Source: Escherichia phage vB_EcoM_EP32a
Direction: 5' to 3' (one strand)
Length of the DNA stretch: 64,000 nucleotides
Sequence record: OR544954
Below the pieces are notes generated by a model. That model made no database searches, was not told the DNA's origin, and saw only the letters and a program-made list of their open reading frames with translations. The translations under genes and the position numbers were made by a program. Below, in pieces: positions 10,115 through 23,365 of the stretch (its first letter is position 1; each line of letters begins with the position of its first letter).

Positions 10115-10384
10115 ATGACTAAAGCACGTTTCTTACGAGATACTTTAAAAGTTCTAGAAGCTGAAGCAGTTAAGTTAGTAGAAAAATATGGTGCAAAAGT
10201 TAATGGTAATGCCTTCAACAAAGTATGGATGAAAGTTGATTCTGAAGCTCGAGCTAAAGGTTATTGGGCCACTGATAAACTTGCATCATTCAAAAACAAA
10301 GACGGTTCTCCAGCGTATGTCCAAGAAGGTATGCCTAATTGGCAAAATATTTTGAAAACTTACATCAAAATTGCACAGAAATAA
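10115..10384 (+). CDS. hypothetical protein between genes 24 and 23
   Basis: 89 aa ORF (MTKARFLRDTLKVLEAEAVK...) on the opposite strand to the structural genes, with its own promoter cassette. Confidence 0.6.
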   Translation: MTKARFLRDTLKVLEAEAVKLVEKYGAKVNGNAFNKVWMKVDSEARAKGYWATDKLASFKNKDGSPAYVQEGMPNWQNILKTYIKIAQK

Positions 10385-10392
10385 AACCAAAA

Positions 10393-10415
10393 ATGGGAGA
10401 CCGAAGTCTCCCAAA
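10393..10415 (-). terminator. intrinsic terminator downstream of gene 23
   Basis: gggagac-cgaa-gtctccc hairpin followed by a U-run on the minus strand. Confidence 0.6.
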
Positions 10416-10436
10416 ATAAGATTTAATCAATTAAGA

Positions 10437-12005
10437 TTAGATGCCTTTTACATATACACGGCGGAAGTAAGCGTTCTTACCAAGGCTGTTCAGGATAGAC
10501 GGCATACCGGACTGGATGCGAGCACCTGGAGCCTGCAGGGAACTTTCAGCAAACGGGTTAACACCGATACCGTAACGAGTTTTAAAGCCCATTACCGGCT
10601 GGAAGTTCTTAGGATCGGAACCACGCAGTGGGGTAAGTGCAACGTAAGGAGCATAGTAAATACCTGCATCCATTTCGTTAGCGCCTTTGTAACCAACGGT
10701 GAAGTAATCCTGTTTAGCATACTGGTCGATGTACACGCGGTATTTACCACCAAGTACACCGGCAAATACAGACTTAGTAGTGTCGGTATTAAAACCAGAA
10801 GCCAGACCCTGTGCAGCGTAAGAAATACCAGTATCAACTGAAGCCAGTACGTTAACTACGTTACGGGAAGCGATAATGAAGTTACCTTCACCACGACCTG
10901 TTTGACGAGCAATTTCAACTGCTTCTTTATCAATCTGGAACAACAGAGATTTAAAGCTTTCACCGGCCCAACGAGCACCACGGATATCAATCGGGTCCTG
11001 GAAGTCAAATACACCAGCTTTAGAACCCGGAGTCAGGGTCATACCAGATTTACCAACCTGTGCTGAGTAGTTAATCCAATCAACAACTTCACGGTTGATT
11101 TCTAGCATAATTTCTGTAGCCAGAATACCGCTCAGTTCAGCATCAGCATCCATACCGTGTACTGCACGGAGGTCTTGTGCTAATTCGATAGAGTAAGCAG
11201 CTTTCAGCTGGCGAGATTTAGCTTCGATAACTTGTTTATCGATACGGAAGCCCATTTCATTCCATGGGTTATCGGTAGAACCGTTGAAACCTTCCTGGAG
11301 TTCAGCGATAGAAGTAGCCATACCTTCAGCGATTTCTACCAGTGCACCAGCTTCCATTTGTTTCTTAACTTCTGCATCTAATTTAGCTGCATCAGTTGCA
11401 CCAGAATCAAGTGTTACGATAGCAGAAGCTTGCAGATATACAGTACCAGTTTCTTGGAAGAAGTGAGTATAGATATCACCTACAACAGTAGTAGTGTCAG
11501 CAGCCAGAGCTGGGAATTTCTTAGCAGCACCCTGACCAGAGAACATCGCGTCTGGGGCATACATCGGATGGAAAGCTTCTTTAGCGCCAGCAGCGATAGG
11601 GTCTTTACCATATACTGCACGGAGAGCAAATACCTGACCGGTCGGGCTGTTCATAGGCTGAACACCACAAATATCAAAAGCGATCAGATTAGGAATAGCA
11701 CGACGAACCATACCCATAACTGCCGGCCCAATTTGGGTTACTGCACCAGAGGTTTGACCTGCTGCGATGTTCTGAGCATTATAACCATGGTCACCACCAA
11801 TTTCAGCTTCGGTCAAGAAAGAACCGAATGCCTGAGCGATTTTCTCGTCTTTATATTCAGGGGATACTTCGAAATCTTTTTCCTGGTTTTCGAAGATTTT
11901 AGCGATAATAGCCTGCTTGCTATTAGCGATTTCCGGCAGGCCTTCACCTTCCAGCAGTTCTTTCCATTTGTCTACGAGCTGAGCTTTAGTTTTGATAGTA
12001 GTCAT
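10437..12005 (-). CDS. 23: major capsid protein gp23
   Basis: 522 aa ORF (MTTIKTKAQLVDKWKELLEGEGLPEIANSKQAIIAKIFENQEKDF...), near-identical to T4 gp23. Confidence 0.95.
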   Translation of the reverse strand: MTTIKTKAQLVDKWKELLEGEGLPEIANSKQAIIAKIFENQEKDFEVSPEYKDEKIAQAFGSFLTEAEIGGDHGYNAQNIAAGQTSGAVTQIGPAVMGMVRRAIPNLIAFDICGVQPMNSPTGQVFALRAVYGKDPIAAGAKEAFHPMYAPDAMFSGQGAAKKFPALAADTTTVVGDIYTHFFQETGTVYLQASAIVTLDSGATDAAKLDAEVKKQMEAGALVEIAEGMATSIAELQEGFNGSTDNPWNEMGFRIDKQVIEAKSRQLKAAYSIELAQDLRAVHGMDADAELSGILATEIMLEINREVVDWINYSAQVGKSGMTLTPGSKAGVFDFQDPIDIRGARWAGESFKSLLFQIDKEAVEIARQTGRGEGNFIIASRNVVNVLASVDTGISYAAQGLASGFNTDTTKSVFAGVLGGKYRVYIDQYAKQDYFTVGYKGANEMDAGIYYAPYVALTPLRGSDPKNFQPVMGFKTRYGIGVNPFAESSLQAPGARIQSGMPSILNSLGKNAYFRRVYVKGI

Positions 12006-12022
12006 TTGTGTTAACCTTTAAA

Positions 12023-12835
12023 TTAGAAACGAGATGCGACTTTCGCATATAAACTTACATTAGAATTCTGTTCTACCTGAGTTGTGGTAGTGTCAACTGC
12101 TTCGGCAACAAAATTAAGACCGGCAGCGTCATTGTCAACTGTATTTATACTTTCGGTAATAGCGGCTTCTTCTTTAGTAGAACCTTTAACCATTTCTACA
12201 ATAGCAGTTAACTTAGTACCAAATGCGTCAGAATAATCCATACCTTCAACCAGGCCAATAACTTTTTCTTTCTGAGATTCAGTCAGGTCTTTTACGCTTT
12301 CATTAATAGCGGTTTCACGCTGAACGTAATTGATATATGCATCACGTTTGGTAACTTCTTCGAACAAACGAGCGGTTTCTTCTTTATGTTCGGCCAGCTC
12401 TTCTTCCATTTCTGCTACAACATCTACAGATTCTTCTGGAACAACAACGTTATGTTCAACAAACAGTTCTTTCAGACCACCAAGCATGGATTCGAACAAA
12501 TCAGCTTTAATGCCTTTATCAACTGCGATTTGGTTTTCTGCGAGCCATTCTTTTGCAAGATGGTCTAGGAATTTAGAAGCTTGTTCAGCCAATTTTTTAT
12601 CAGCTTTCTCTTCAGCATCTTCTTTAGCCTTTTCAACTTCTTCTTCGGCTTTTTCGGCGATGGCTTTGATATGAGATTCAGCCAGTTTGACTGCTTCCTG
12701 CTTAACGGTGGCTTCGAATACAGTGCTGAAATTAGCTTTAACGTCCGGAGACAGTTCTACTGATTCGAAAACACTATTAAGAGCAACTGAAGTCTCGATG
12801 TTCTGAGCTTCTTTCAAAAGTTGTTCTTTGATCAT
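12023..12835 (-). CDS. 22: prohead core scaffold protein gp22
   Basis: 270 aa acidic, coiled-coil-rich ORF directly upstream of gene 23. Confidence 0.85.
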   Translation of the reverse strand: MIKEQLLKEAQNIETSVALNSVFESVELSPDVKANFSTVFEATVKQEAVKLAESHIKAIAEKAEEEVEKAKEDAEEKADKKLAEQASKFLDHLAKEWLAENQIAVDKGIKADLFESMLGGLKELFVEHNVVVPEESVDVVAEMEEELAEHKEETARLFEEVTKRDAYINYVQRETAINESVKDLTESQKEKVIGLVEGMDYSDAFGTKLTAIVEMVKGSTKEEAAITESINTVDNDAAGLNFVAEAVDTTTTQVEQNSNVSLYAKVASRF

Positions 12836-12868
12836 TTTAGTGTCCTGTGGTTTAGATTACATTATTAT

Positions 12869-13510
12869 TTATAATGCTTTTAAACTCTCTGCGAGAGCTT
12901 TAAATGCTTCATCAGCACTGTTTTTGGTGGTTTCCACCGAATTTTCTGATTCTGATATTTGTTTAGGAGTAACCCAAGCATCTGGAGCAGAAGGTCCCCA
13001 TACGGCATCTACGCCGACGGTTAATTTAAATCCTTCGTTCACGATACGGTACCCTTTATTGGTGTCGGTTAAAGAACCAAGACCACGAGAGGAAACACCT
13101 GGAATCCAACCAGCTCGTATATTAGCAGCTAATTTATCGCCGGGACCATGGTCGCCTTCAATAATTCTAGCACGTCCATATACATCGTTTCCTTTCCACC
13201 ACATATCTTCAATAATGATAGCGGCTTGCATAGGGTCAACATTTGCACGAGGTGGATGGTTTAATTCTCCAAGGGCTTGTTTGGTTGCGACTTGTTCTTT
13301 AATATAGTCACTTACTGCTTTTTCCAAAACGCGTTTAGGATATAAACGTTTATTTCGGTTAACAACCTCTGCCTGAAGAAAAATACCTTCTATATAAAGC
13401 CCTGGTTTTAAGCCAGAATCTTTTCCATCATGAGATTCCAACATTGGAACGCCATCAATAATCTCACCGGGTTGACCCCAAGTTTCAATAAGTAACTCGG
13501 GTTTATTCAT
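12869..13510 (-). CDS. 21: prohead core protease gp21
   Basis: 213 aa ORF, T4 gp21 length and position. Confidence 0.85.
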   Translation of the reverse strand: MNKPELLIETWGQPGEIIDGVPMLESHDGKDSGLKPGLYIEGIFLQAEVVNRNKRLYPKRVLEKAVSDYIKEQVATKQALGELNHPPRANVDPMQAAIIIEDMWWKGNDVYGRARIIEGDHGPGDKLAANIRAGWIPGVSSRGLGSLTDTNKGYRIVNEGFKLTVGVDAVWGPSAPDAWVTPKQISESENSVETTKNSADEAFKALAESLKAL

Positions 13511-13935
13511 TAGCTTAATCCTAATGCTTTACGACGTTTAAGAGCTTTTTTACGCTTACGCAAGCCTTTAACTTGGCCTGAAGGGTTAGCTTTTTTAGCT
13601 TTAACGACCTTACGAGCGATTTGTCTACGTTTTGCTTTAGAAAGACCGGTGGTTTGGAACGCGTTACGTTCACGAGTTTTACGGTCTTTAGTGCGGGTGA
13701 CTTCACCACGAGAAGAAACATGTTTAACGATAAACTCATTTAACTGTTCTTCATTAATAATGGAAGCCATTGCAACAGCTAAATCCGTTTCAGTTTCAAG
13801 CATGTTCTCGATAATAGTATTTATATCGTCAATATCGAGAGCAGAAGACAATGCATCGATTCGGCCCTGTGCTTCAGGAATAAGTGCTTCGACATTTTCG
13901 AGTACCAATTCATAAGATTCAGGGATAAGATACAT
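13510..13935 (-). CDS. 68: prohead core protein gp68
   Basis: 141 aa ORF with basic C-terminus, between 67 and 21. Confidence 0.75.
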   Translation of the reverse strand: MYLIPESYELVLENVEALIPEAQGRIDALSSALDIDDINTIIENMLETETDLAVAMASIINEEQLNEFIVKHVSSRGEVTRTKDRKTRERNAFQTTGLSKAKRRQIARKVVKAKKANPSGQVKGLRKRKKALKRRKALGLS

Positions 13936-14174
13936 TATTCATCGTCCTCATCATCTTCGTCTTCGTCGTCATCGCCTTCATCAGCGTCGTCTTCCGAAGC
14001 TTTAGCTTTCTTTTCTTCTTCTTCAGGTTCTTCGCCTTCAATCAAAAATTGAGAAGCGATTTCTGCTTTGCGTGCTTCAATCAAACGAACCGTTTTTTCT
14101 GCCATTGCACTTTCAAAAAACTTTCGAGTAGCAACGAGGTCGTTTGATTTAATAGCTTGAATTAAATCGTCCAT
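13935..14174 (-). CDS. 67: prohead core protein gp67
   Basis: 79 aa ORF with acidic tail, between 20 and 68. Confidence 0.75.
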   Translation of the reverse strand: MDDLIQAIKSNDLVATRKFFESAMAEKTVRLIEARKAEIASQFLIEGEEPEEEEKKAKASEDDADEGDDDEDEDDEDDE

Positions 14175-15745
14175 TAAAAATCCTCTTGTTCTTGGTCGGG
14201 GTCTTGGAAACGAGCCTCTTTCGACTCTTCTTCAATTTGCTTAGCCTCTTGTTCAATTTCCTCGTCAGACATCTGAAGAATATCTTTCATAGCTGTTCTG
14301 TGAGAAATATATTTACCAATAAATGGTTCGGCCATCTGAAGCATATTAATGCGACGCTCCAGAATCTCAGCATCCTTTAATTCCGAGAAATAACTATCCC
14401 GATGAAATTTTATCTTAATATTATTTATTTCATCATTCCACTCATCTTCTGTAATAATTCCTTTAAGAATTAAATTAGTTTTAAGCGGGTCTAGGAATAT
14501 CTCTTCAAATTTATGTTGCAGCTCACGAATAAATTTACCAAATGACAATTCATCTCGTGTAATAGAAGTACCAGCATCAAACTGTATACCACCTTGGTCA
14601 CTTGGAATACGGGTAATAGGAATACGTAAAGCCATATAAAGCGCATTACGGAACCAACGTACATCTTCCATATTTCCGGTATTATCTGCACCCGGTAATG
14701 TATCAACTTCTGTTACTGCTTTACCATCACGTCGTTGTAACCAATAATCTTCGGTCATCGACATAATATGCTGCTGGTTTTTAATCTTGCCTGTAGTGGC
14801 ATCATATGCAATACGGTTTTTCATCGTATTCATAACATGTTGCATATGTTCTGCTGCTTTTCTTGAAGGCATATTACCTGTATCAACGTACCATACACGA
14901 CGATCGGGAGCACGAGTAATACGATAAATTACGACGGCATCTTCAAGAAGTTTTAATTGGTTCGCCGGCTTAATAGCCCGATGCAAATAACCAATGATAT
15001 TTTTACCACAACAATCAACTAAACCAGAATGGGCATAAACAATCGCGGCTTTAGGGATTTTTATTTTTGTGCCAGCTTCATATATGCGACCATCACAAGC
15101 ATAAGATTCGTGTGATGTGTCATAAATGAAATATTCTTTATAACCCTTGACTATTTTAACACCAGCTTCAGTGGTTGTAATAACTTCACGGACATATTGA
15201 ACTTGACGTGGGTCTAAACGACGAAGCTCTTTAATACCTTCTTTAGGGCGTTTAGGGTCAATAATTTTATGGAAGAAAATTCGAGAATCCACATACCAAC
15301 GTCTAAAATGATCTGAACCTTTACGTTGGAAAGATAAATGATTTAACACTTCGTTAAATTCATCCAACATCATTGATTTGATATTTGGACTAAATTTTGT
15401 GTTGTCTAAATTTATAGAAACGACTTCTGTATCATCTTCATATACGATAGCATCCGAAACTATTTCAGAGACTGCATTATCCACTTCATAGTTCGTCATC
15501 AAATTTCGATACGTATCGATTAATTCACGCGTTGATTTGAGCCCTGGTTCTTGGCTACCGAACATTCTCTGAAACATAGCATTATATGTTTGCTGTGCTT
15601 CATTTTCAGATACTTCGTATTCTTTAGCGCCGTCGTCTAATTTTGGTGTGGTGATCGATTCTAAATTTTCTTTTTCTTGGTCTTTGTAATCACGTTCGTC
15701 CATTTTTGCCCATGGAGCAAACAAACTTAAGATATTAAATTTCAT
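14174..15745 (-). CDS. 20: portal vertex protein gp20
   Basis: 523 aa ORF, T4 gp20 length; position upstream of 67/68/21. Confidence 0.9.
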   Translation of the reverse strand: MKFNILSLFAPWAKMDERDYKDQEKENLESITTPKLDDGAKEYEVSENEAQQTYNAMFQRMFGSQEPGLKSTRELIDTYRNLMTNYEVDNAVSEIVSDAIVYEDDTEVVSINLDNTKFSPNIKSMMLDEFNEVLNHLSFQRKGSDHFRRWYVDSRIFFHKIIDPKRPKEGIKELRRLDPRQVQYVREVITTTEAGVKIVKGYKEYFIYDTSHESYACDGRIYEAGTKIKIPKAAIVYAHSGLVDCCGKNIIGYLHRAIKPANQLKLLEDAVVIYRITRAPDRRVWYVDTGNMPSRKAAEHMQHVMNTMKNRIAYDATTGKIKNQQHIMSMTEDYWLQRRDGKAVTEVDTLPGADNTGNMEDVRWFRNALYMALRIPITRIPSDQGGIQFDAGTSITRDELSFGKFIRELQHKFEEIFLDPLKTNLILKGIITEDEWNDEINNIKIKFHRDSYFSELKDAEILERRINMLQMAEPFIGKYISHRTAMKDILQMSDEEIEQEAKQIEEESKEARFQDPDQEQEDF

Positions 15746-15773
15746 TGTATTCTCCGAATGGGAATTATAGTTA

Positions 15774-15781
15774 TATTTATA
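15774..15781 (-). promoter_or_regulatory. late promoter motif upstream of gene 20
   Basis: tatttata on plus strand about 30 nt upstream of the gp20 ATG. Confidence 0.5.
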
Positions 15782-15829
15782 TGGACTTCTCCGTCATCAC
15801 GGGAAGCTGGGGATTTCTCCCCAACCAGA

Positions 15830-16321
15830 TTATTCCCACCAATCAAGAGCAAGAGTTACTTCGAACGTTTCAATCTCGTTATTCGAATCCCAATCAAGAG
15901 ATACTTCACCAACGTTAGTAGGCCACAAGCCGACAATTTCAACTTCTTTAGTGACCGTTTTAGCATCACGAGCAAATTGACGAACGATAGCAGACTTTTT
16001 ATATTCAGCAGGTTTACCACCGGTAATTTCATTACCTTGTCCTGCTGCAATACCTTGCCAATCAACAAATTTCTGACGAATGCTATGAGCATCATCGTTC
16101 ATTACTGTAATAGTCCAATCATCGAATGTACGATCACCGGCCACGTTAATTTTACGGTTCATATAAGAAACAGGAACCTTTTCAACGATCGCAGCAGGAA
16201 GAGCCGTAGCACGACACTGGAAGCTAAAGTTTTGCCCAAGATAAGAGATTTCTACTTCGAACAGGTTAGGGCGAGCGAAATCACCTGATTCGAAGGCACG
16301 AGTTACGTCATCTACAAACAT
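15830..16321 (-). CDS. 19: tail tube protein gp19
   Basis: 163 aa ORF, T4 gp19 length, downstream of gene 18. Confidence 0.9.
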   Translation of the reverse strand: MFVDDVTRAFESGDFARPNLFEVEISYLGQNFSFQCRATALPAAIVEKVPVSYMNRKINVAGDRTFDDWTITVMNDDAHSIRQKFVDWQGIAAGQGNEITGGKPAEYKKSAIVRQFARDAKTVTKEVEIVGLWPTNVGEVSLDWDSNNEIETFEVTLALDWWE

Positions 16322-16433
16322 ATTAGCCTCTGTAGTAATATGGGCTTAGGATTAACCATATGCCCATAGAATTAATTTTTAAACGATATAGTATATTTAT
16401 ATGGGCTACCGAAATAGCCCATCAGGCGTCTTA

Positions 16434-18413
16434 TTAACTACCTACAGCACCAATCAGTTCGTCGAAATCGGCACCAGTTGCTGTTGCTACAAAGTTCAAT
16501 GTAATATAATTTATCGAGCGGGCAGGTTGTAAGTAGAAAGTAGCTACAAATTCATTACGGTCGATAACTGCTGGGGTGTTATTGGTAGTATCACAAACAA
16601 CTTTAAAGTTATATACACCACCGAGAGCTTTAATACCCTGTAGATATTGAGAAGTCTCTGTACGGAAAGAAGAACGGGTAAATGCGTTGTTCAATTCAAA
16701 CAGGCGATATTTAGATGCTGAACCAATGTTCGTTTTAACCATATTGAACAAACGACGAACGTTAATACGGTCAAATGGTGAAGGAACAGAAGTGGCAGTT
16801 TTATCACCGTACAGAACATACCCATCACCACCGGTACCAGTAACAGGGTTAATAGCTTCCTGATACAAACGATCACGCTGTGGTTGACGAGTTTCAATTG
16901 CAAGCTTAATAACGTTAAGAATTTGTCCACGGTTATAACCGGCTGGAGACATCCAAGGCTGAGAAATATTGTCTGTACGAGCACAAAGACCAGCGATATC
17001 AGCAGCTAATGGAACCCAACGATTCACGTCATTATATTTGTCATATTGATATTTATAGTTACCGTCAATAGCAGCATAAGTAGAACTTACATTAAAGTTA
17101 TTATCAGTGTAAGTTCCTGACGCAGTACGCCAATCAACCAGATTATCAACTGCACGATTAACAGGAATACCGACTATAGTTGCACGTGGTGGTGAGCAAA
17201 GAACCAAGCAATCTTGGCGAGAATCACCAATTGCTACAACATGTTTCTGAACTGTAGAAGCAACTTCTAAAGATTCACCTGCACAAGAACCAGCAATAAA
17301 CAACTGCGCATTAACAGATTCGCGGTCAGCAAACAAATCCCAAGCTTCCATTAAATCACCAGCGTCAACCGTTTCATTAGATGATAAGCCACCACCCAGT
17401 TTGATTACACCAGAGAAACCTTTTGGCCAACCTTGTGCAGTAGCGAAAATATAATTGCTTGCACCTTTAGCAAAGAAATCATCAATAAAGATATTACTAC
17501 CATAAATATCGCGTTCACCACGTTTAGTAGAAAGAACTACGCTCTGAACTACAGCATCATTACGACGAACTATAATTGCATATTGGTCATCAGACTGTGG
17601 GCCATATCCAAAGATTGCTTTAGCCGTAGATGCACGAGTACCACCATCAGGATAAATTTTTAACTGGGCTGAAGCACCTTTGTCATAGTCTGCTTTAGAT
17701 ACGATTTCAATTTCGAGCTGGTCGCCAAGTTCACCAGGATAAAGAGCAACTACGCCTGGGACACCATATTTTTTAATAGATTCTTGGAAAGTTAGAGAAG
17801 TAATAGCTTCTTCAGAAGTTTCAACTTCAGTTAACAGAATACCCGAATCGGTTACGATAGAACCAATTGTAATAACGCCAGAGAGACCAGAAGAACTGGC
17901 AACTTCGGCGGTCCAGTTAGAACCCAATGCCGGATATTCATTAATTTCTTTTGCACGAGCAATAATTTTACCGGTTGGGATATAAATGTTAAGAATTTTA
18001 CCATCGACATCAACTGAAGTGACATAACCATCTGCTTCAACAGTTTCGGTCAAATACTTAACGATAATTTTATCACCAACTGCATAGTTACTACCAGCAG
18101 CAGAGATTGTGAATTCAATATTGCCTGCTACAGGAGATGAGTTCTTAGCAGTATCACGGTCAACTGCGCGTACAACACGAAGGTCATTACCATATTGAAG
18201 GAAGTTCATAGCAGACATGAAATAATCTGCTGTATCCGTATTAGGAGTACCAAACATATCAACTAACGCAACTTCATCAGTGATTTGTTTAATCTGGAAT
18301 GCAGGTCCCCATTGGAATTTTCCAGCCAGGGCAGCAGTACCAGTGGAGTTATTAACTACAGTACTCTGTACGGTAGTTTCTTTGAGCTCAACGCCCGGAG
18401 AGAGAAGTGCCAT
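16434..18413 (-). CDS. 18: tail sheath protein gp18
   Basis: 659 aa ORF (MALLSPGVELKETTVQST...), T4 gp18 length and N-terminus. Confidence 0.95.
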   Translation of the reverse strand: MALLSPGVELKETTVQSTVVNNSTGTAALAGKFQWGPAFQIKQITDEVALVDMFGTPNTDTADYFMSAMNFLQYGNDLRVVRAVDRDTAKNSSPVAGNIEFTISAAGSNYAVGDKIIVKYLTETVEADGYVTSVDVDGKILNIYIPTGKIIARAKEINEYPALGSNWTAEVASSSGLSGVITIGSIVTDSGILLTEVETSEEAITSLTFQESIKKYGVPGVVALYPGELGDQLEIEIVSKADYDKGASAQLKIYPDGGTRASTAKAIFGYGPQSDDQYAIIVRRNDAVVQSVVLSTKRGERDIYGSNIFIDDFFAKGASNYIFATAQGWPKGFSGVIKLGGGLSSNETVDAGDLMEAWDLFADRESVNAQLFIAGSCAGESLEVASTVQKHVVAIGDSRQDCLVLCSPPRATIVGIPVNRAVDNLVDWRTASGTYTDNNFNVSSTYAAIDGNYKYQYDKYNDVNRWVPLAADIAGLCARTDNISQPWMSPAGYNRGQILNVIKLAIETRQPQRDRLYQEAINPVTGTGGDGYVLYGDKTATSVPSPFDRINVRRLFNMVKTNIGSASKYRLFELNNAFTRSSFRTETSQYLQGIKALGGVYNFKVVCDTTNNTPAVIDRNEFVATFYLQPARSINYITLNFVATATGADFDELIGAVGS

Positions 18414-18439
18414 TTTAATTCCTCTTAATTTGCTTTATT

Positions 18440-20766
<2,327 letters not shown>

Positions 20767-21591
20767 TTATTGTTTTCTAGGACCAGGAGGGGTTGGTGGA
20801 GTCGGGATTGGAATATCATGAGTATAAGTTTGTTCAACTTCACCATTCCAATCTTGTGCTTCAACGTCTCTCGGTTTAATTTCTGTATCAACTGATTCAA
20901 AAACGCTGGCGGCTGTTTGAAGGTCTCGTTCATTAGCATGAAAATCAAGATAAGTCGTTTTAATAAGGCCTTCTGCTGCGCCTACCGGAGGATACATCCA
21001 TCCATTTACTTCAAATGTTAATGACCACTCTAAACGTCGACGGGATAAATTATCACCGTCTATTTGTTCATCCATTGCTGCTGCCATCCATACGACTTTA
21101 ATATCCCTTTCAAATGGAATATCCTGCCCATATTGCTCAATCATAGTCGTATTAAAATGCGGCTGAAAATATGGAATAATTTGCTCAACGATTTGGAACA
21201 TATCATCTTCATAACGAGTAAAGATGCTCAGTTCAAAAATCATTTTAATTGGTGATGGGTTGTATTGGTCTACAATATCCTTAGTCGATTTACTCAAAAG
21301 AGAGTTATTCAATATATTCGTTTTAAACGTTGGGTTATAAACGAAATCTACCATTTGGAGATTTATACGTGGTAGAATAGTTTCGACTTTAGCCACATCT
21401 TCTTGTGAGTTTATAGAGGTCCATTTATTAAGTTTCATCATAAAGTGCTCTTTAGATGCATACGTAATAGGAACTCTAATTAATTTATTGCCTGTAGACA
21501 ATTGACGGTTAACTTGGATATTTGAAAACAAATCGCCCATCATTGTGATATATCGCCTGAACGACGAGTTGTAAAAATAACCAAACATCAT
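20767..21591 (-). CDS. 15: tail sheath stabiliser / connector gp15
   Basis: 274 aa ORF in the 13-14-15 neck/tail-completion block. Confidence 0.85.
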   Translation of the reverse strand: MMFGYFYNSSFRRYITMMGDLFSNIQVNRQLSTGNKLIRVPITYASKEHFMMKLNKWTSINSQEDVAKVETILPRINLQMVDFVYNPTFKTNILNNSLLSKSTKDIVDQYNPSPIKMIFELSIFTRYEDDMFQIVEQIIPYFQPHFNTTMIEQYGQDIPFERDIKVVWMAAAMDEQIDGDNLSRRRLEWSLTFEVNGWMYPPVGAAEGLIKTTYLDFHANERDLQTAASVFESVDTEIKPRDVEAQDWNGEVEQTYTHDIPIPTPPTPPGPRKQ

Positions 21592-21640
21592 TTCTCCTAA
21601 CCGGCCTTTCGACCGGTGTTTGCTTTATCTTATCTATTTA

Positions 21641-22405
21641 TTAATTCATAAACCCATCGTCAAATGGTGAATTTTGTCTACCACGGTTGTTAACTACTAC
21701 ATACGGCTCAACGTATTCACTTGCCTCTGAATTGATTTGCTCAACTTCAGAATATTCATCGATATTAATGTCATGGATACCATCAAGATTTCTAACAGGG
21801 TTAAGTTCCAAGTCACTAAATTCAGGTATATTGATACCTTCATTTTTCTGAAGCACCGGATTGATTTCTTCGCCAGAGTAAATAAACTTGCCTGCAGTAA
21901 TTTTACGAATCGCATTTTTACCTACTTGATAGAATGGGTCATATGGTTCAACCCAGTTAATCTCAAACAAACTGTTGTCCATTGGGAAGTATATTAAATC
22001 ACCTTCCTTGGGCTCCTGATTGTTGACCTGGTGTTTGAAAAGACCCGGGTTAATAGATAATGTAACTTCGTCTTGAACTTGCATTCCGAAGTTGCTGAAG
22101 AACGATTTCGCTCCTTCATAACCTTCAAAAGAGTTCAGATATGCAGCAAATTTCCATGCTTTAGTAAATTTATTTTTAAGGTCCTCACCAAAGATAAGGT
22201 CCACGGCAACATATTCACGTGGAACATAAAAACATTCAATACCGCGCATCTGTATGCTTTCTGCCACTAGAACATCGGCTAATGTCTGACTATTCTCATA
22301 ATTATTAAAATTGACAAATGGATTGAGGATTTCAGTCTCATTTGTCTGAGAATACCCACCACGATTTTCTAGTTTGGCGAAAAGATTTTTATCATAAGTT
22401 GCCAT
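21641..22405 (-). CDS. 14: neck protein gp14
   Basis: 254 aa ORF between 13 and 15. Confidence 0.85.
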   Translation of the reverse strand: MATYDKNLFAKLENRGGYSQTNETEILNPFVNFNNYENSQTLADVLVAESIQMRGIECFYVPREYVAVDLIFGEDLKNKFTKAWKFAAYLNSFEGYEGAKSFFSNFGMQVQDEVTLSINPGLFKHQVNNQEPKEGDLIYFPMDNSLFEINWVEPYDPFYQVGKNAIRKITAGKFIYSGEEINPVLQKNEGINIPEFSDLELNPVRNLDGIHDINIDEYSEVEQINSEASEYVEPYVVVNNRGRQNSPFDDGFMN

Positions 22406-22406
22406 A

Positions 22407-23333
22407 TTAACCTACCAAAATACCTGCAGGAGGGTCCAGTAAATATAACTCTTCTCGTAAAGCTTCTTTCTCTAAACGAGCTTCTTCAATTAATCGAACA
22501 CCATCAACAGTGACGCCACCCGGTAACATCATACCTTGATGTTTAGCAAGAATTTGTCCATTAAGCTCTTTAGCTAATGCAGTTGCATAATCTTTAACCC
22601 AGCGGTTGTTATATGCGCCTTGTTTAGTTGCAGGATCTTCACCAACTCGACGTCCGACCAAATTATGGTCTGGATTATCATAACGTTCAGAAATAGACCA
22701 TGAATCACGAGGACCAACCTGACCGTACCCTACTGTATTTCCTACCATCTTATGGGTCTCGATATAAGAGCGAACATACGATTCAACGATAATGACATCT
22801 TTCTGTCTAAAGTTACCCATTACTTTTAATTGCTCGTTTGCAGAGTTAAACCAAAAATCTGGAAGAGGAGCAATCATATCTTGAAGCATACCCATATAAG
22901 ATACTAATTGAGAATAATACCCGAGGTCAGCGCCAAAAGCGTTCGGACCGTAGAATTTACCACAATTACTACCCATACCACCTGAAACACCGGCCATTCC
23001 TAAAAGGAAATCAGTGAACCATGGATAAGTTGCATTACCATCCATTGAAGTAATAGAGCCAACGTTTGTTCTTATAATTCTTGTTACAGCAAATACGTTA
23101 GAACCACGCATATCAAATACGCCGTGACGGTATTTTTCTTCGTCATCAACAAAAAATACATGGAAACCTTTATTCAACCCGTCAAAATGGTATTCGCCAT
23201 AAAGTTCTAACGCTCGTGAAATACAATCATAAATTTGGTCTGTAGTTAATTCAACATTTACAATAGGAGCGCCTAAACGACGTAATATTACATCCTTTAA
23301 TTCTTTAGGGTTTTGTGCATTATAACCTGACAT
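22407..23333 (-). CDS. 13: neck protein gp13
   Basis: 308 aa ORF downstream of wac. Confidence 0.85.
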   Translation of the reverse strand: MSGYNAQNPKELKDVILRRLGAPIVNVELTTDQIYDCISRALELYGEYHFDGLNKGFHVFFVDDEEKYRHGVFDMRGSNVFAVTRIIRTNVGSITSMDGNATYPWFTDFLLGMAGVSGGMGSNCGKFYGPNAFGADLGYYSQLVSYMGMLQDMIAPLPDFWFNSANEQLKVMGNFRQKDVIIVESYVRSYIETHKMVGNTVGYGQVGPRDSWSISERYDNPDHNLVGRRVGEDPATKQGAYNNRWVKDYATALAKELNGQILAKHQGMMLPGGVTVDGVRLIEEARLEKEALREELYLLDPPAGILVG

Positions 23334-23365
23334 ATAAATCCTTTAGGGCCCGAAGGCCCTTTTCA

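Noticed and set aside
10371-12014. Plus-strand ORFs of 156, 60 and 194 aa overlapping gene 23
   Set aside because: They lie antisense within the major capsid gene, a very high-confidence CDS, and have no translation signals; typical shadow ORFs.
12330-13307. Plus-strand ORFs overlapping genes 22 and 21
   Set aside because: Antisense shadow ORFs inside well-supported structural genes; low-complexity Ser-rich translations.
15758-16288. 176 aa plus-strand ORF overlapping gene 19
   Set aside because: Antisense to the tail tube gene; no RBS.
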